A stretch of 64,000 nucleotides of DNA. Origin: Vulcanimicrobiota bacterium (lineage in GTDB: Bacteria; Vulcanimicrobiota; Vulcanimicrobiia; Vulcanimicrobiales; Vulcanimicrobiaceae). Positions 10,901-18,462 of the stretch are shown one piece after another; the stretch's first letter is position 1; every line of letters starts with the position of its first letter. The notes beneath the pieces were generated by a model that was not told where the DNA came from, made no database searches, and worked only from the letters and a program-made list of their open reading frames with translations. The translations under genes and the position numbers were made by a program. The stretch is from NCBI GenBank assembly GCA_963812155.1, contig CAWETW010000003.1, forward strand, positions 288,001 to 352,000. Reading direction: 5' to 3'.

Positions 10901-11357
10901 CAAGCTCCCACACGGCGGACACGTACGCCCGATGAAATTGCTCTCGCGCGGCGACGGCCCAATCGTCGTACGATCCCGGAAGCAGTTCGGCGTAACGGTC
11001 GACCGCCGATTCCAAGAGTCCCGGGTCGGCGCAACGGCGCTCGAAGTCGTCGGTGTCAACCTCAACCGCGGCAGCCGGATTCCACTCAAGCGTCCGTCTA
11101 TTGGCGAGAATCCATGGTACCGCCGCGTCCGGTAACGCATCGCGAAGATACTGAAGATGGCGGCGCAGGTTCGAGCGTGCGGCGTCCTCGGTGTCGTCGG
11201 GCCAGAGTGCAAACGCTACGCTATCGCGTGCGACCGGCTGGCGGCAGTTGAGGAGCAGGTAGGCAAGCAGCGGCGCAACTTTCGGCCGGCTCGCCAGCCG
11301 AATATCCTTGCCGTTGAGGCGTAACCGCACGCCGCCGAAGAGAGAAACGCCGAGCAT
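7923..11357 (-). CDS. SARP-like STAND transcriptional regulator: wHTH + BTAD + AAA ATPase + TPR
   Basis: LLAYLLL...ALWPD...ARSNLRRHL (wHTH), DPWREDALRALM (BTAD), GESGIGKT (Walker A), LIVFEDLHH (Walker B), FEFAHELV, then helical repeats. Alternative start 11369. Confidence 0.92.
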   Translation of the reverse strand: MLGVSLFGGVRLRLNGKDIRLASRPKVAPLLAYLLLNCRQPVARDSVAFALWPDDTEDAARSNLRRHLQYLRDALPDAAVPWILANRRTLEWNPAAAVEVDTDDFERRCADPGLLESAVDRYAELLPGSYDDWAVAAREQFHRAYVSAVWELALQARSRRDSASAERYLRKILDDDPWREDALRALMAAYCDAGDRSSALQACMQFERELQREMGVSLMPETIALRRAIERGDTLPTVPLRTATPEHRAAPRELPFGGRDAEMAKLEDAWERALRGAGGFALVIGESGIGKTRLASEFALRLEGRGRVLWGSMSYPERAPYQAVTEVLRAALGFVDPSCLETTQRALLALLLPEIAGTERSETVPSSGQRVKVFDAAATVLRALANERPALIVFEDLHHAGPATLAMVEYLKEACSASPILIVAVTRSSDALPAADIGRLRRPLRGAKPLVISLGPISGEAAVAIVKDSKLLAARDAHVERLVSTAAGHPLFLTELLNARVETGRSDAPISARLHDVIAERLTHLTTASRFLLDAASVVGTAFDLEIVGEIIGWNEAQLAHAADDLVARRAIRETPSAGFGFEFAHELVATAVYEGLDDAQRRRWHRRTARAASHWYASRMDDLSAFVARHFDLGGEPEEAAEHYLRAARAAAGVFANDESLAFAARGLELAGGGGVLRFDLLALREEVCERVGDRATQRIVLDELTALAAALGERGCMLEACRRRESLHRYFGEYPQARTAVEELKRLAAGDPFWEAVALRDDAVLLVDAGSREQAYDIVACATARAVEAADSRVLVSTLTLQAHVAATLGRSEEARACLARASETADRDGSPLLRMRVAYTEMTVYTLAQEYGKVVRAAPGLFELAERVSDREVAAGAHAMVGGAFVHFFRVAEARRHLKQAIELYRDTDLNGAAVAYNNLATLELDVGRLDRVDAALAAMDELVGQSDAASQRECLDLLRCDAALRRFQYDAALEGARALAAHAAARQDALLEGEAWRCAGVALVALCRAAEAIEAFERAHAQLLRIGAADSASRVSAAFAHACALGGDLRAAALASDALQRLEACPTAIPPSAFWTVAQAFAAIGRTQEYRAALRRAHEQFVTQDKMLRADADRAAFAAISGNVQLLRAFAGDSKSQLAQ

Positions 11358-11509
11358 CGTCTGCCGCAACGAAGCTTCGACGCGTGACGCCTGTCTTCAG
11401 CTCGCTATGTCAGCAAAACGACATACAACACGGTGCCCGCCCTGATAATATTTTGCCCGCACATGCCGGCGACTCGTTGATGCCAAGCAAATCACATTCG
11501 CTCACTGCC

Positions 11510-11722
11510 ATGCGCCAATCAAAGCGAAAATGGTCAAAAGTTTCCGCTGCCGAGCGGCGCGTATGCGAAGCACCAGGCTGTAGTGTCGTCGCGCGACAAC
11601 GCTGCAAGCAGCTCAACTGCAACCATCAGTTTTGCGAACGGCACAAGGGCGCGCATTCTCAGACGCACAGCCTTCAAAAAGAAGAAGGCCCAGCGCGAGG
11701 CGCCCATCTACTAAAGCCCTAG
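11510..11722 (+). CDS. Small basic Cys/His-rich protein, AN1-like zinc finger candidate
   Basis: CEAPGC-x7-CKQLNC-x4-CERH-x3-H-x3-H. Start uncertain; the ORF is open from 11384. Confidence 0.5.
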   Translation: MRQSKRKWSKVSAAERRVCEAPGCSVVARQRCKQLNCNHQFCERHKGAHSQTHSLQKEEGPARGAHLLKP

Positions 11723-11772
11723 TTGACAAAGCCGCGGTCGGGCGGTATCCTACTACTAAACTGTTAGTAGTA
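11708..11772 (+). promoter_or_regulatory. Sigma70 promoter with BlaI-type operator(s)
   Basis: TTGACA (11723), 17-bp spacer, TATCCT (11746). Perfect dyad TACTACTAA-ACTG-TTAGTAGTA at 11751-11772, and an imperfect second copy CTACTAA-AGCC-CTAGTTG at 11708-11725. Confidence 0.85.
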
Positions 11773-11782
11773 CGGAGTGAGG

Positions 11783-12169
11783 ATGCCGCGTAGGAAACCC
11801 AAGCCGCTCACGAAGGCCGAGCTGAAAATCATGGAAGTCCTGTGGGAGAAGCGTCGCGCGACCGTCGCCGACGTCGCGGCCGCGCTCCCGCCGCCGGCGC
11901 TGGCCTATACCACGGTTTTGACGATGCTGCGGATTCTGGAGCAGAAGAAGGTCGTCAGCCACAGCACGAACGGCCGCGCTCACGTCTACTTGCCGCTCAT
12001 CGAGCGCGATGACGCCGCCACGTCGGCGATCGGCGACCTCGTGCGCTCGTTTTTTTCCGATAGCCGGACCGCCTTGGCGGTGCGCTTGATGGCCGAGGAA
12101 CGTCCGTCGCAAGACGAGCTCGAGTCGATTAAGACGTTGATCGCTCGATATGAAGAGGAGCACGCGTGA
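11783..12169 (+). CDS. BlaI/MecI/CopY-family repressor
   Basis: LTKAELKIMEVLW...LAYTTVLTMLRILEQK...GRAHVYLP; RBS GGAG. Confidence 0.95.
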   Translation: MPRRKPKPLTKAELKIMEVLWEKRRATVADVAAALPPPALAYTTVLTMLRILEQKKVVSHSTNGRAHVYLPLIERDDAATSAIGDLVRSFFSDSRTALAVRLMAEERPSQDELESIKTLIARYEEEHA

Positions 12170-14028
12170 TGCCGTTCGTCGATGCCGCCGTCCGATTCCT
12201 CATCGAAGTACTGTTCAACGGCCTGTGGGTCGCGGCTTTGCTTGCGATCGTGGCGTGGCTTGCGCTGCGCGCAATGCCGAACGGCAACGCGACGACGCGC
12301 CACTCGGTGTTGGCTGCGGCCCTGTACGCAAGCTTGGTCCTTCCCGTCATCGCGGCGCTTCTCACGACGCTACCGCGCGTCCACGGAAATCCGACGCCGC
12401 AAACGCACTCCAGCTTCGCTGTACGGAATGCGGTTTCGAGCGGAGCCGGCACTCTCGGAGCGCGGTCGCAGCGCGTTGCCCGCCCGACGTCGCTTCAAAG
12501 CGCTTTGGGAAGCGCCACGCCGGCGATGGCGTCCAAACCGGCTCTCGTGCGACCCAACCTCGCGCTTCCGCGCACGTTGGCGCTCGCGATCGTTGCAATC
12601 TGGCTGCTAGGCGTCGCCGTAGTTTTATTGCGTCTGATCTTGAGCCTGCGTCACCTCGAGCGCCTCAAGAGCGACGCACTTCCGGTCCCAATCGAGTATC
12701 GCGCTCGTCTCCGCCGTTGGTCGGCCGTCACCAAGGGGTCGCGTAACGTCCGCCTTTGCCGCTCCAGTGAGATCGCCGTTCCAATCGCCGTAGGTCTGTT
12801 CGATGCCATGATTCTCATTCCCGATCGTTTGCTTGAGGAACTCACGCCCGACGACATCGACAGCATCGTACTCCACGAGCTCGCCCACTTACGGCGCGGC
12901 GACGATTGGATTAACGCCGTCGAACGGATCGCGCAGGCAGCATTGTTTTTCAGCCCGGGCGTTTTGTGGCTGGTCTCGCAGCTCGACCTCGAGCGCGAAG
13001 TGGCCTGCGACGATTGGGTTCTCCAGCAGAACAAAGCGTTGCCGTATGCTAGTTGCCTGGCGCGAATCGTCGAGAGCGTCTCCTGGCCATATCGTGCGAT
13101 TTCGGCTCCGGGCGCGTTCGTCACGCGCCGCGGGATGTCGGTTCGCATCGAACGGCTCCTCGCATCGCACCGCGACGTGCGCGTGCGCACATCGCTCGGC
13201 CCGACCGGGTTGACGATCGCCGCGCTAGGCGCCCTTTGCATCGGTGCTGCCTTCGTCGCGCCCTCCTTCGCGTATACCACGAGCGGCGCGCTCGGCCCGA
13301 TAGCCGCGGCGACTGCGAAGCCGGCAACGCAAAAGGTGAGCGCCAAGCCAAACGTGCCCGCCGCACGGGTGACGACGTCGTCTAAGCCTTTAGCGGCGCA
13401 ATCGCCACGAGCAGCGTTACGAGCTGCGACGGTCGTAGCCACTGTGACGGCGGCACCTGCAGCTACTCAAAATCGAGCGCGCCCGCCCTACCGCATCCTG
13501 CTCGCTCCGCCACGCCAGTCAACGATCGTTGCCGTTACCAGCAGTTCCGACGAATCGATCGGGCATGCAATCGAGGTCGCGGCCAACTCGCCCGACTACA
13601 TCGACTCGCTGGCAAGCGTCGGCTACACGAATCTCTCGATCGACGATCTCGTACGGCTTAAGGCCGTCGGCGTCACCGCCGACTACATACGCGCACTTCA
13701 AGATGCCGGGCTGCCGCATCCGTCGGTTCAAGAATTGATTCGCCTTCGGGCGATTGGCGTGCAGCCCGACTATATTCGCGCGATGCGCGCTCGCTTCGGC
13801 GCCGCGACGTCTTTCGAACAAATCGCGCGTTTGAGGGCCGTCGGCGTGACCGATGCGTACGTGCGCGATCTTGCTGGCGCCGGCTATCCGAATCTGACCG
13901 TCGAGGACGTTACGCGGCTGCGGGCAATGGGCATCTCTTCGAGCTACATCGCGCTGGCGGCGTCGCACGGGATGCGCAACCTCACGGTCGAGCAACTTAT
14001 CCGCCTGAAAGCGAGCGGGATTCTATGA
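12166..14028 (+). CDS. BlaR1-like M56 metallopeptidase with C-terminal 29-aa repeats
   Basis: TM helices, HELAHLRRGD and EREVACDD, then a Pro/Ala/Thr linker and five 29-aa repeats; no penicillin-binding domain. Confidence 0.92.
   Translation: MMPFVDAAVRFLIEVLFNGLWVAALLAIVAWLALRAMPNGNATTRHSVLAAALYASLVLPVIAALLTTLPRVHGNPTPQTHSSFAVRNAVSSGAGTLGARSQRVARPTSLQSALGSATPAMASKPALVRPNLALPRTLALAIVAIWLLGVAVVLLRLILSLRHLERLKSDALPVPIEYRARLRRWSAVTKGSRNVRLCRSSEIAVPIAVGLFDAMILIPDRLLEELTPDDIDSIVLHELAHLRRGDDWINAVERIAQAALFFSPGVLWLVSQLDLEREVACDDWVLQQNKALPYASCLARIVESVSWPYRAISAPGAFVTRRGMSVRIERLLASHRDVRVRTSLGPTGLTIAALGALCIGAAFVAPSFAYTTSGALGPIAAATAKPATQKVSAKPNVPAARVTTSSKPLAAQSPRAALRAATVVATVTAAPAATQNRARPPYRILLAPPRQSTIVAVTSSSDESIGHAIEVAANSPDYIDSLASVGYTNLSIDDLVRLKAVGVTADYIRALQDAGLPHPSVQELIRLRAIGVQPDYIRAMRARFGAATSFEQIARLRAVGVTDAYVRDLAGAGYPNLTVEDVTRLRAMGISSSYIALAASHGMRNLTVEQLIRLKASGIL
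13591..14025 (+). repeat. Five tandem 29-aa protein repeats in the M56 C-terminus
   Basis: PDYIDSLASVGYTNLSIDDLVRLKAVGVT / ADYIRALQDAGLPHPSVQELIRLRAIGVQ / ... / SSYIALAASHGMRNLTVEQLIRLKASGIL. Confidence 0.9.
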
Positions 14029-14882
14029 TCGCTCGCTTCGCGGTCGCTCTCGCCGGTGCGTTCGCGCTCCTGGCAGCGACGTCACAGTCGCCGCTCGACG
14101 GAACGTGGTCGCTGGAACCCGGGGGTTCCGCCGGCATGGTGAACATCCAGTTCCGCAGCACGGATGCGAGCGCAAAGGAAGATTTCCAGAGCGCGTTCGA
14201 CGTGAGCGCGCAAGAACTCGGAATCTCGGCCGCGCAACTCGCTTCGCAAAACGGCGACGTCGCATTTACCTGGGCGCGCGAGGCCGGATCGTTCGCGTGT
14301 AGGGGCCGGCTGTCGGGAGGCAAGGGAGGCGGTACGTTTGCCTTCACCCCGAGTCCGGAGTATTTGTCAAAGATGCGCGCCGCCGGCTACGATCTGACGT
14401 CGCCGCGCGATCAGATGGTCGCGGCCATACTGGACATCAGCACGGTCTACGTCGCAGCGATTGCCGCCGCAGGATATCCGCATCTGCCGTTTCATACGTT
14501 GATCGCATTTCGCGCGCTAAGAATCGACGACGCCTACGTGCGTGCGATGCGCGCGGCCTTTGGCTCTGCCGGCCTCACTCCAGACGAGGTCATCTCCTTG
14601 CAGGCTCTTCGCGTTACGCCGGGATACGTTGCGGATATGCGCGCCGCCGGCGTCGCGATCGCTACTGCCCAAGATGCAATACGAATGCGCGCGCTCAAAG
14701 TCGACGCCGCATACGTGCGTTCGATGGCGGCCGTCGGCTACACGCACCTGTCGTCCGAGGAACTCGTTCGACTGCGCGCCCTCCGCATCGATGCGGCCTA
14801 CGTCAAACGCGTGCAAGCCCATGGGTTCGCCAATCTGAGCGTCGACCAGTTAGTGCGCCTCAAGGCGATGAACGTGATCTGA
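14025..14882 (+). CDS. Secreted protein with six copies of the same 29-aa repeat
   Basis: Signal peptide and beta-rich N-domain (FTWAREAGSF...GGGTFAFTP), with repeats at 14355-14879. ATGA overlap with the M56 gene. Confidence 0.85.
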   Translation: MIARFAVALAGAFALLAATSQSPLDGTWSLEPGGSAGMVNIQFRSTDASAKEDFQSAFDVSAQELGISAAQLASQNGDVAFTWAREAGSFACRGRLSGGKGGGTFAFTPSPEYLSKMRAAGYDLTSPRDQMVAAILDISTVYVAAIAAAGYPHLPFHTLIAFRALRIDDAYVRAMRAAFGSAGLTPDEVISLQALRVTPGYVADMRAAGVAIATAQDAIRMRALKVDAAYVRSMAAVGYTHLSSEELVRLRALRIDAAYVKRVQAHGFANLSVDQLVRLKAMNVI

Positions 14883-14973
14883 CGTGGCCTGAGAATCTTA
14901 ATCGCATTCTCAGATCTTCGGCGTAGGCTCCAGCGGGTGGGAGAGTCTCGAGATTGAACTGGAGAAGGAACTC

Positions 14974-15705
14974 GTGAAAAGACAGGGCACGCTTTCCTTC
15001 CCGCCGATAGCCTTCGTGAGCGCTACCGTGCTCTCGCTTTTTGGGTTGAGTTGCGTGTGCGCGGTTGCTCAACAATCCGTTAGCGCTTCGCCCGTGATGT
15101 CGCACGCAATGAAGATTCCAGCGCTTCCGCCGGCGTCGGTTGAGCGCGAACTCGATGCATTCGCGCATGCCGTGTCGGGCATCAGCACGTACAGTGCGAC
15201 GGTCACGGTCTTCGATCGAAAAGGTTCCCAGACGCAGAATACGGTCTTCGACTATACGTTCAGCAAGCCGTCGAAGGTAAGAGTCCACGTTGTCGCCGGG
15301 ACGAACACGGGTATCACGCTCGACTGGAACGGCGGTCCAACGATCGTAGCGCATCGCGGTTCGGGTTTGATGGCGTTGTTTTCAAAAACGCTGTCCCTGC
15401 ACGATCCGCTGGTCACGACGCTTCAGGGCGCTTCGATCGATCAGCTCAGTTTCGGCGCGATATTGTCGCACGCGCAACAAGAAGTCGGCAGGCTCTCATT
15501 GAGTTCGGATGGCACGATCGACGGCGTCGCCGCGAACGCCTTGACCCTGACTCCATCCGCTTCGGCCCCGGGCGCGGGACTGACGCGCGAGGTCGTCGAG
15601 ATGTCTGCGGCGACGCATTTGCCGATGCGCGTACTCGGTTACGATGGGCCGACGCTCGTGAGCTCCGTAGGGTTTTCCAACATTAAGCTTACCGCACGCG
15701 AGTAG
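14974..15705 (+). CDS. LolA-like / outer-membrane-lipoprotein-sorting fold periplasmic protein
   Basis: Signal peptide, YSATVT...DYTFSKPSKVR...WNGG and C-terminal THLPMRVLGYD...VGFSNIKL. Confidence 0.6.
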   Translation: MKRQGTLSFPPIAFVSATVLSLFGLSCVCAVAQQSVSASPVMSHAMKIPALPPASVERELDAFAHAVSGISTYSATVTVFDRKGSQTQNTVFDYTFSKPSKVRVHVVAGTNTGITLDWNGGPTIVAHRGSGLMALFSKTLSLHDPLVTTLQGASIDQLSFGAILSHAQQEVGRLSLSSDGTIDGVAANALTLTPSASAPGAGLTREVVEMSAATHLPMRVLGYDGPTLVSSVGFSNIKLTARE

Positions 15706-15800
15706 CGCGTTACTGGTGACTGACGGCCGATTCGGTCGGACAGGCAAGGGACATCATCGTCGTAAGCGAGCCGCTGGGTACGAATAAGAATCGTGCCGGA

Positions 15801-16455
15801 TCAGTCGATTGGAAGCGGCACGTTTCCTTTTCCAATTTGCCGGCTGACGAAATACGCGACGAGCCGTCCAAGAAACGTGAGGTGCGAATGCAGCCATGCG
15901 TAGTCCGCGGGGCACGTCATCTCGCCGCCTTCGATGAGGAGTTGTCCCTTCGAAGCCGTGACGTGGTCGTAGCCGTAGTAGCGGCCGAGATTGCTCGTGT
16001 AGTTGTCGGACGCGAAACCGTAGTGCCAGTAGCGGCCGTAGAACGCTTTCCATGCTTGCGCCAGCGCTTTCGATGCTTCGCCGCGCGGGTATCCGACCGA
16101 AGAGTGAGCGTTGCACGGCCGATTGGGATCGGGGATTGCATCGAAGTGAATGAAGACCGCTACGGCGACGTTGTAGTGCCGCGGTAAGTACGCCGGCATC
16201 CGCAGTACCGAAACGCCGTGGGCTTCCAATACGCGCGTTGCTTCGTTCGCAACGATCGGCGTCCAAACGATTTCGCCGGGAGATCTGCTCGCGCCGGTGT
16301 TGCGGCAAAGGCTCGGCGGCTCGAAGCTGGCAGTCCGGACGGCCCTGATGACCGGCTTGAACGAGCACGTCGGCCGTCGCGACGTCCGCAGCACGAGCGT
16401 GTGGGGTCACCGCACTCAGCGCGACGAGCGTCAAGGCGATTCCTCGTGAGAACAT
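15801..16455 (-). CDS. N-acetylmuramoyl-L-alanine amidase (Amidase_3-like), frameshift near 16335
   Basis: Signal peptide and VLVQAGH in one frame; GE..WT, VFIHFD and LLIEGGEMT in the next. Confidence 0.75.
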
Positions 16456-16553
16456 GCGTCTATAGACCGCTCGATGGCGATAAAGCCCTCCCTCGATCTC
16501 TACTCTCATGCTTCATTCAGATAAGGGCGGCAAAGCGTGGGTAAGAGCTTTCC

Positions 16554-17582
16554 ATGCGACTCATACAACGGTTCCTTCCAATCGCACTGATGGCGCTGAG
16601 CCTGTTTCTACCGACAGCGGCAAATGCGCAGGTATACGTCAGCCTGGTTGCTCCTCCGCTCATGCCCGTGTACGAGCAGCCTCAAGTGACGGTGCAGAAC
16701 TCGGTCTGGACGCCCGGTTATTGGGCCTGGGGTTCGCAAGGTTACTACTGGGTTCCAGGCACGTACGTGCAACCGCCTTCGGTCGGTATGTACTGGACGC
16801 CGGGATTCTGGGGCGAAAATCCCAACGGCACCGGTTATGCGTGGAATGACGGATACTGGGGCCCGAACGTCGGTTACTACGGCGGTATCAACTACGGTGG
16901 CGGATACTACGGCACCGGCTACGTCGGCGGCAATTGGTACGGTAACGCGTTCCGCTACAATACCGCGGTCACCCCGGTGGACGTTCGACGCATTCACACC
17001 GTCTACGTCAATAGAACGGTCGTCGTGCGTAACGTCAATCGCTACGCTTACAACGGTCCGGGCGGCGTCCGCATGTTTCCCAACGCGCAGCAGCGCGTTT
17101 GGATGCACGAGCGCCACGTTGGTCTCACGGCAGTGCAGCGCGCGCATATCGAAGAGGCGCGGCAAGATCGTAATCTCTACGTCAAGTACAACGGCGGTCA
17201 CCCGAATCAAATCGTAGCGACCCATCCGTTGAGCGCGACCAACCGTCCGAAGGACTTCAAGCCGATTACGACCGCGGCCGCCAAACCGCAGCAGATGCAC
17301 CCGAACGCGCAACCGCATCAAGCTGCTCCGAAAGCGGCTCCCCATCAAGCAGCGCCCGAACACAAGCAGCCGCCGGCAGCACAAACTCAGGCAAAGCCTC
17401 CAGTTCAAAAGGCCCCGCCGGCACATCCGCAAGAGAAAGCTGCACCTAAGCCTCCGTCCGCGCAAGCGCCGCAGGTGAAGGCACCGCAGCAAAAAGCACC
17501 GATGGCGCGCCCGCCCGAACAGCAGCACCAGCAGCAAAAGAAACCGCCCGCGGCAAAGGCAACGAAAGGCCCGCGAGCCTAA
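16554..17582 (+). CDS. YXWGXW-repeat secreted protein with Gln/Pro/Lys-rich tail
   Basis: WTPGYWAW, YYWVPGTY, YWTPGFW, WNDGYWGP and GYYGGINYGGGY, followed by a low-complexity tail. Confidence 0.9.
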   Translation: MRLIQRFLPIALMALSLFLPTAANAQVYVSLVAPPLMPVYEQPQVTVQNSVWTPGYWAWGSQGYYWVPGTYVQPPSVGMYWTPGFWGENPNGTGYAWNDGYWGPNVGYYGGINYGGGYYGTGYVGGNWYGNAFRYNTAVTPVDVRRIHTVYVNRTVVVRNVNRYAYNGPGGVRMFPNAQQRVWMHERHVGLTAVQRAHIEEARQDRNLYVKYNGGHPNQIVATHPLSATNRPKDFKPITTAAAKPQQMHPNAQPHQAAPKAAPHQAAPEHKQPPAAQTQAKPPVQKAPPAHPQEKAAPKPPSAQAPQVKAPQQKAPMARPPEQQHQQQKKPPAAKATKGPRA

Positions 17583-17639
17583 TACAGACCCAAGTAAGGT
17601 AAAACAAGGGACACACTCCACAGTGCGACGACACGACCG

Positions 17640-17680
17640 ACGGGACGCGCGACGACGATACGAAGCGCGTCCCGTTCATT
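17640..17680 (+). terminator. Putative terminator hairpin
   Basis: ACGGGACGCGC-N14-GCGCGTCCCGT followed by TCATTT. Confidence 0.5.
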
Positions 17681-17767
17681 TCCATTCCGCCGGCGGCCGA
17701 TCGTGTCAGGGCGTGTTGATGTGGACGTCGTACCAGTCGTCCCGGCGCGAGTCCTTGAGGTGTCCTA

Positions 17768-18385
17768 CTACGTGCTTGCGGCTTTCGCCTTGGCTGGGCG
17801 AGATTCGCGAAGAGATGGCTTCGCGTTTTTTTCCGCGAAGAGCGCGATGGCGGCGTCGTTGAACTTGGGGATGTCGGCGGGTTTGCGGCTGGTCACGAGC
17901 AGTTCGTCACGAACGACCGCCTGATCGACCCACGTGCCGCCGCCGTTGACGATGTCGGTCCGCAGCGACGGCCACGACGTCATCTTGCGGTCGCGCACGC
18001 ATCCCGTTTCGACGAGCAGCCATGGGCCGTGACAGATCGCGGCTATGGGTTTCCTCGCGATCTCCATCGCATGCGCGAAAAGCACCGCCTTGTTGTTCGT
18101 GCGCAACGTATCGGGGCTGCGCACGCCTCCGGGCAGGAGCAGCGCGTCGAAGTTGGACGGATTCGCGTCGGCGAGACTCACGTCAACCGGAAAGGCGTCG
18201 CCTTTTTCGTCGCTGTTCCACCCTTGTACGGTCGAAGTCTGCGGCGAGACGATCGTGGTAACGGCGCCGGCCGCGCGCAGCGCCTCGCGAGGCTCGGTGA
18301 GTTCGATTTGTTCGAAGCCGTCGTCGACCAAAATGGCGACGCGCACGCCATGCAGCGGTTGAGCGGACGATGATGAATCCTGCAT
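17768..18385 (-). CDS. pfpI: PfpI/DJ-1 family (YhbO-like general stress protein)
   Basis: GFEQIELTEP, LLLPGG, AAICHGPW and LVTSRKPAD. Confidence 0.93.
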   Translation of the reverse strand: MQDSSSSAQPLHGVRVAILVDDGFEQIELTEPREALRAAGAVTTIVSPQTSTVQGWNSDEKGDAFPVDVSLADANPSNFDALLLPGGVRSPDTLRTNNKAVLFAHAMEIARKPIAAICHGPWLLVETGCVRDRKMTSWPSLRTDIVNGGGTWVDQAVVRDELLVTSRKPADIPKFNDAAIALFAEKNAKPSLRESRPAKAKAAST

Positions 18386-18394
18386 GGCTGCGGA

Positions 18395-18420
18395 ATACCC
18401 GCCGGGCCTTCACCATAAAC
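18395..18420 (-). promoter_or_regulatory. SigB/SigF-like promoter GTTTA-N15-GGGTAT
   Basis: Lies 9 nt upstream of the pfpI ATG. Confidence 0.7.
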
Positions 18421-18462
18421 GAGCGGGCCGGGATTCGGCGGGAAACCCGAGAACCGGGACGC

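Noticed and set aside
8126..11034. Long alternative-frame ORFs (8126-9643, 8914-11034; likewise 38103-40001, 43564-45375, 50388-52124)
   Set aside because: They are Arg/Ala-rich shadow ORFs of high-GC genes and have no recognisable motifs.
7923..11357. STAND ATPase-TPR protein as an Avs-type antiphage system
   Set aside because: The N-terminus is wHTH-BTAD rather than a nuclease, TIR or SIR2 effector, and there is no defence-island context.
12166..14028. BlaI/BlaR1 as beta-lactam resistance
   Set aside because: There is no penicillin-binding sensor domain and no beta-lactamase or PBP2a gene in the window.
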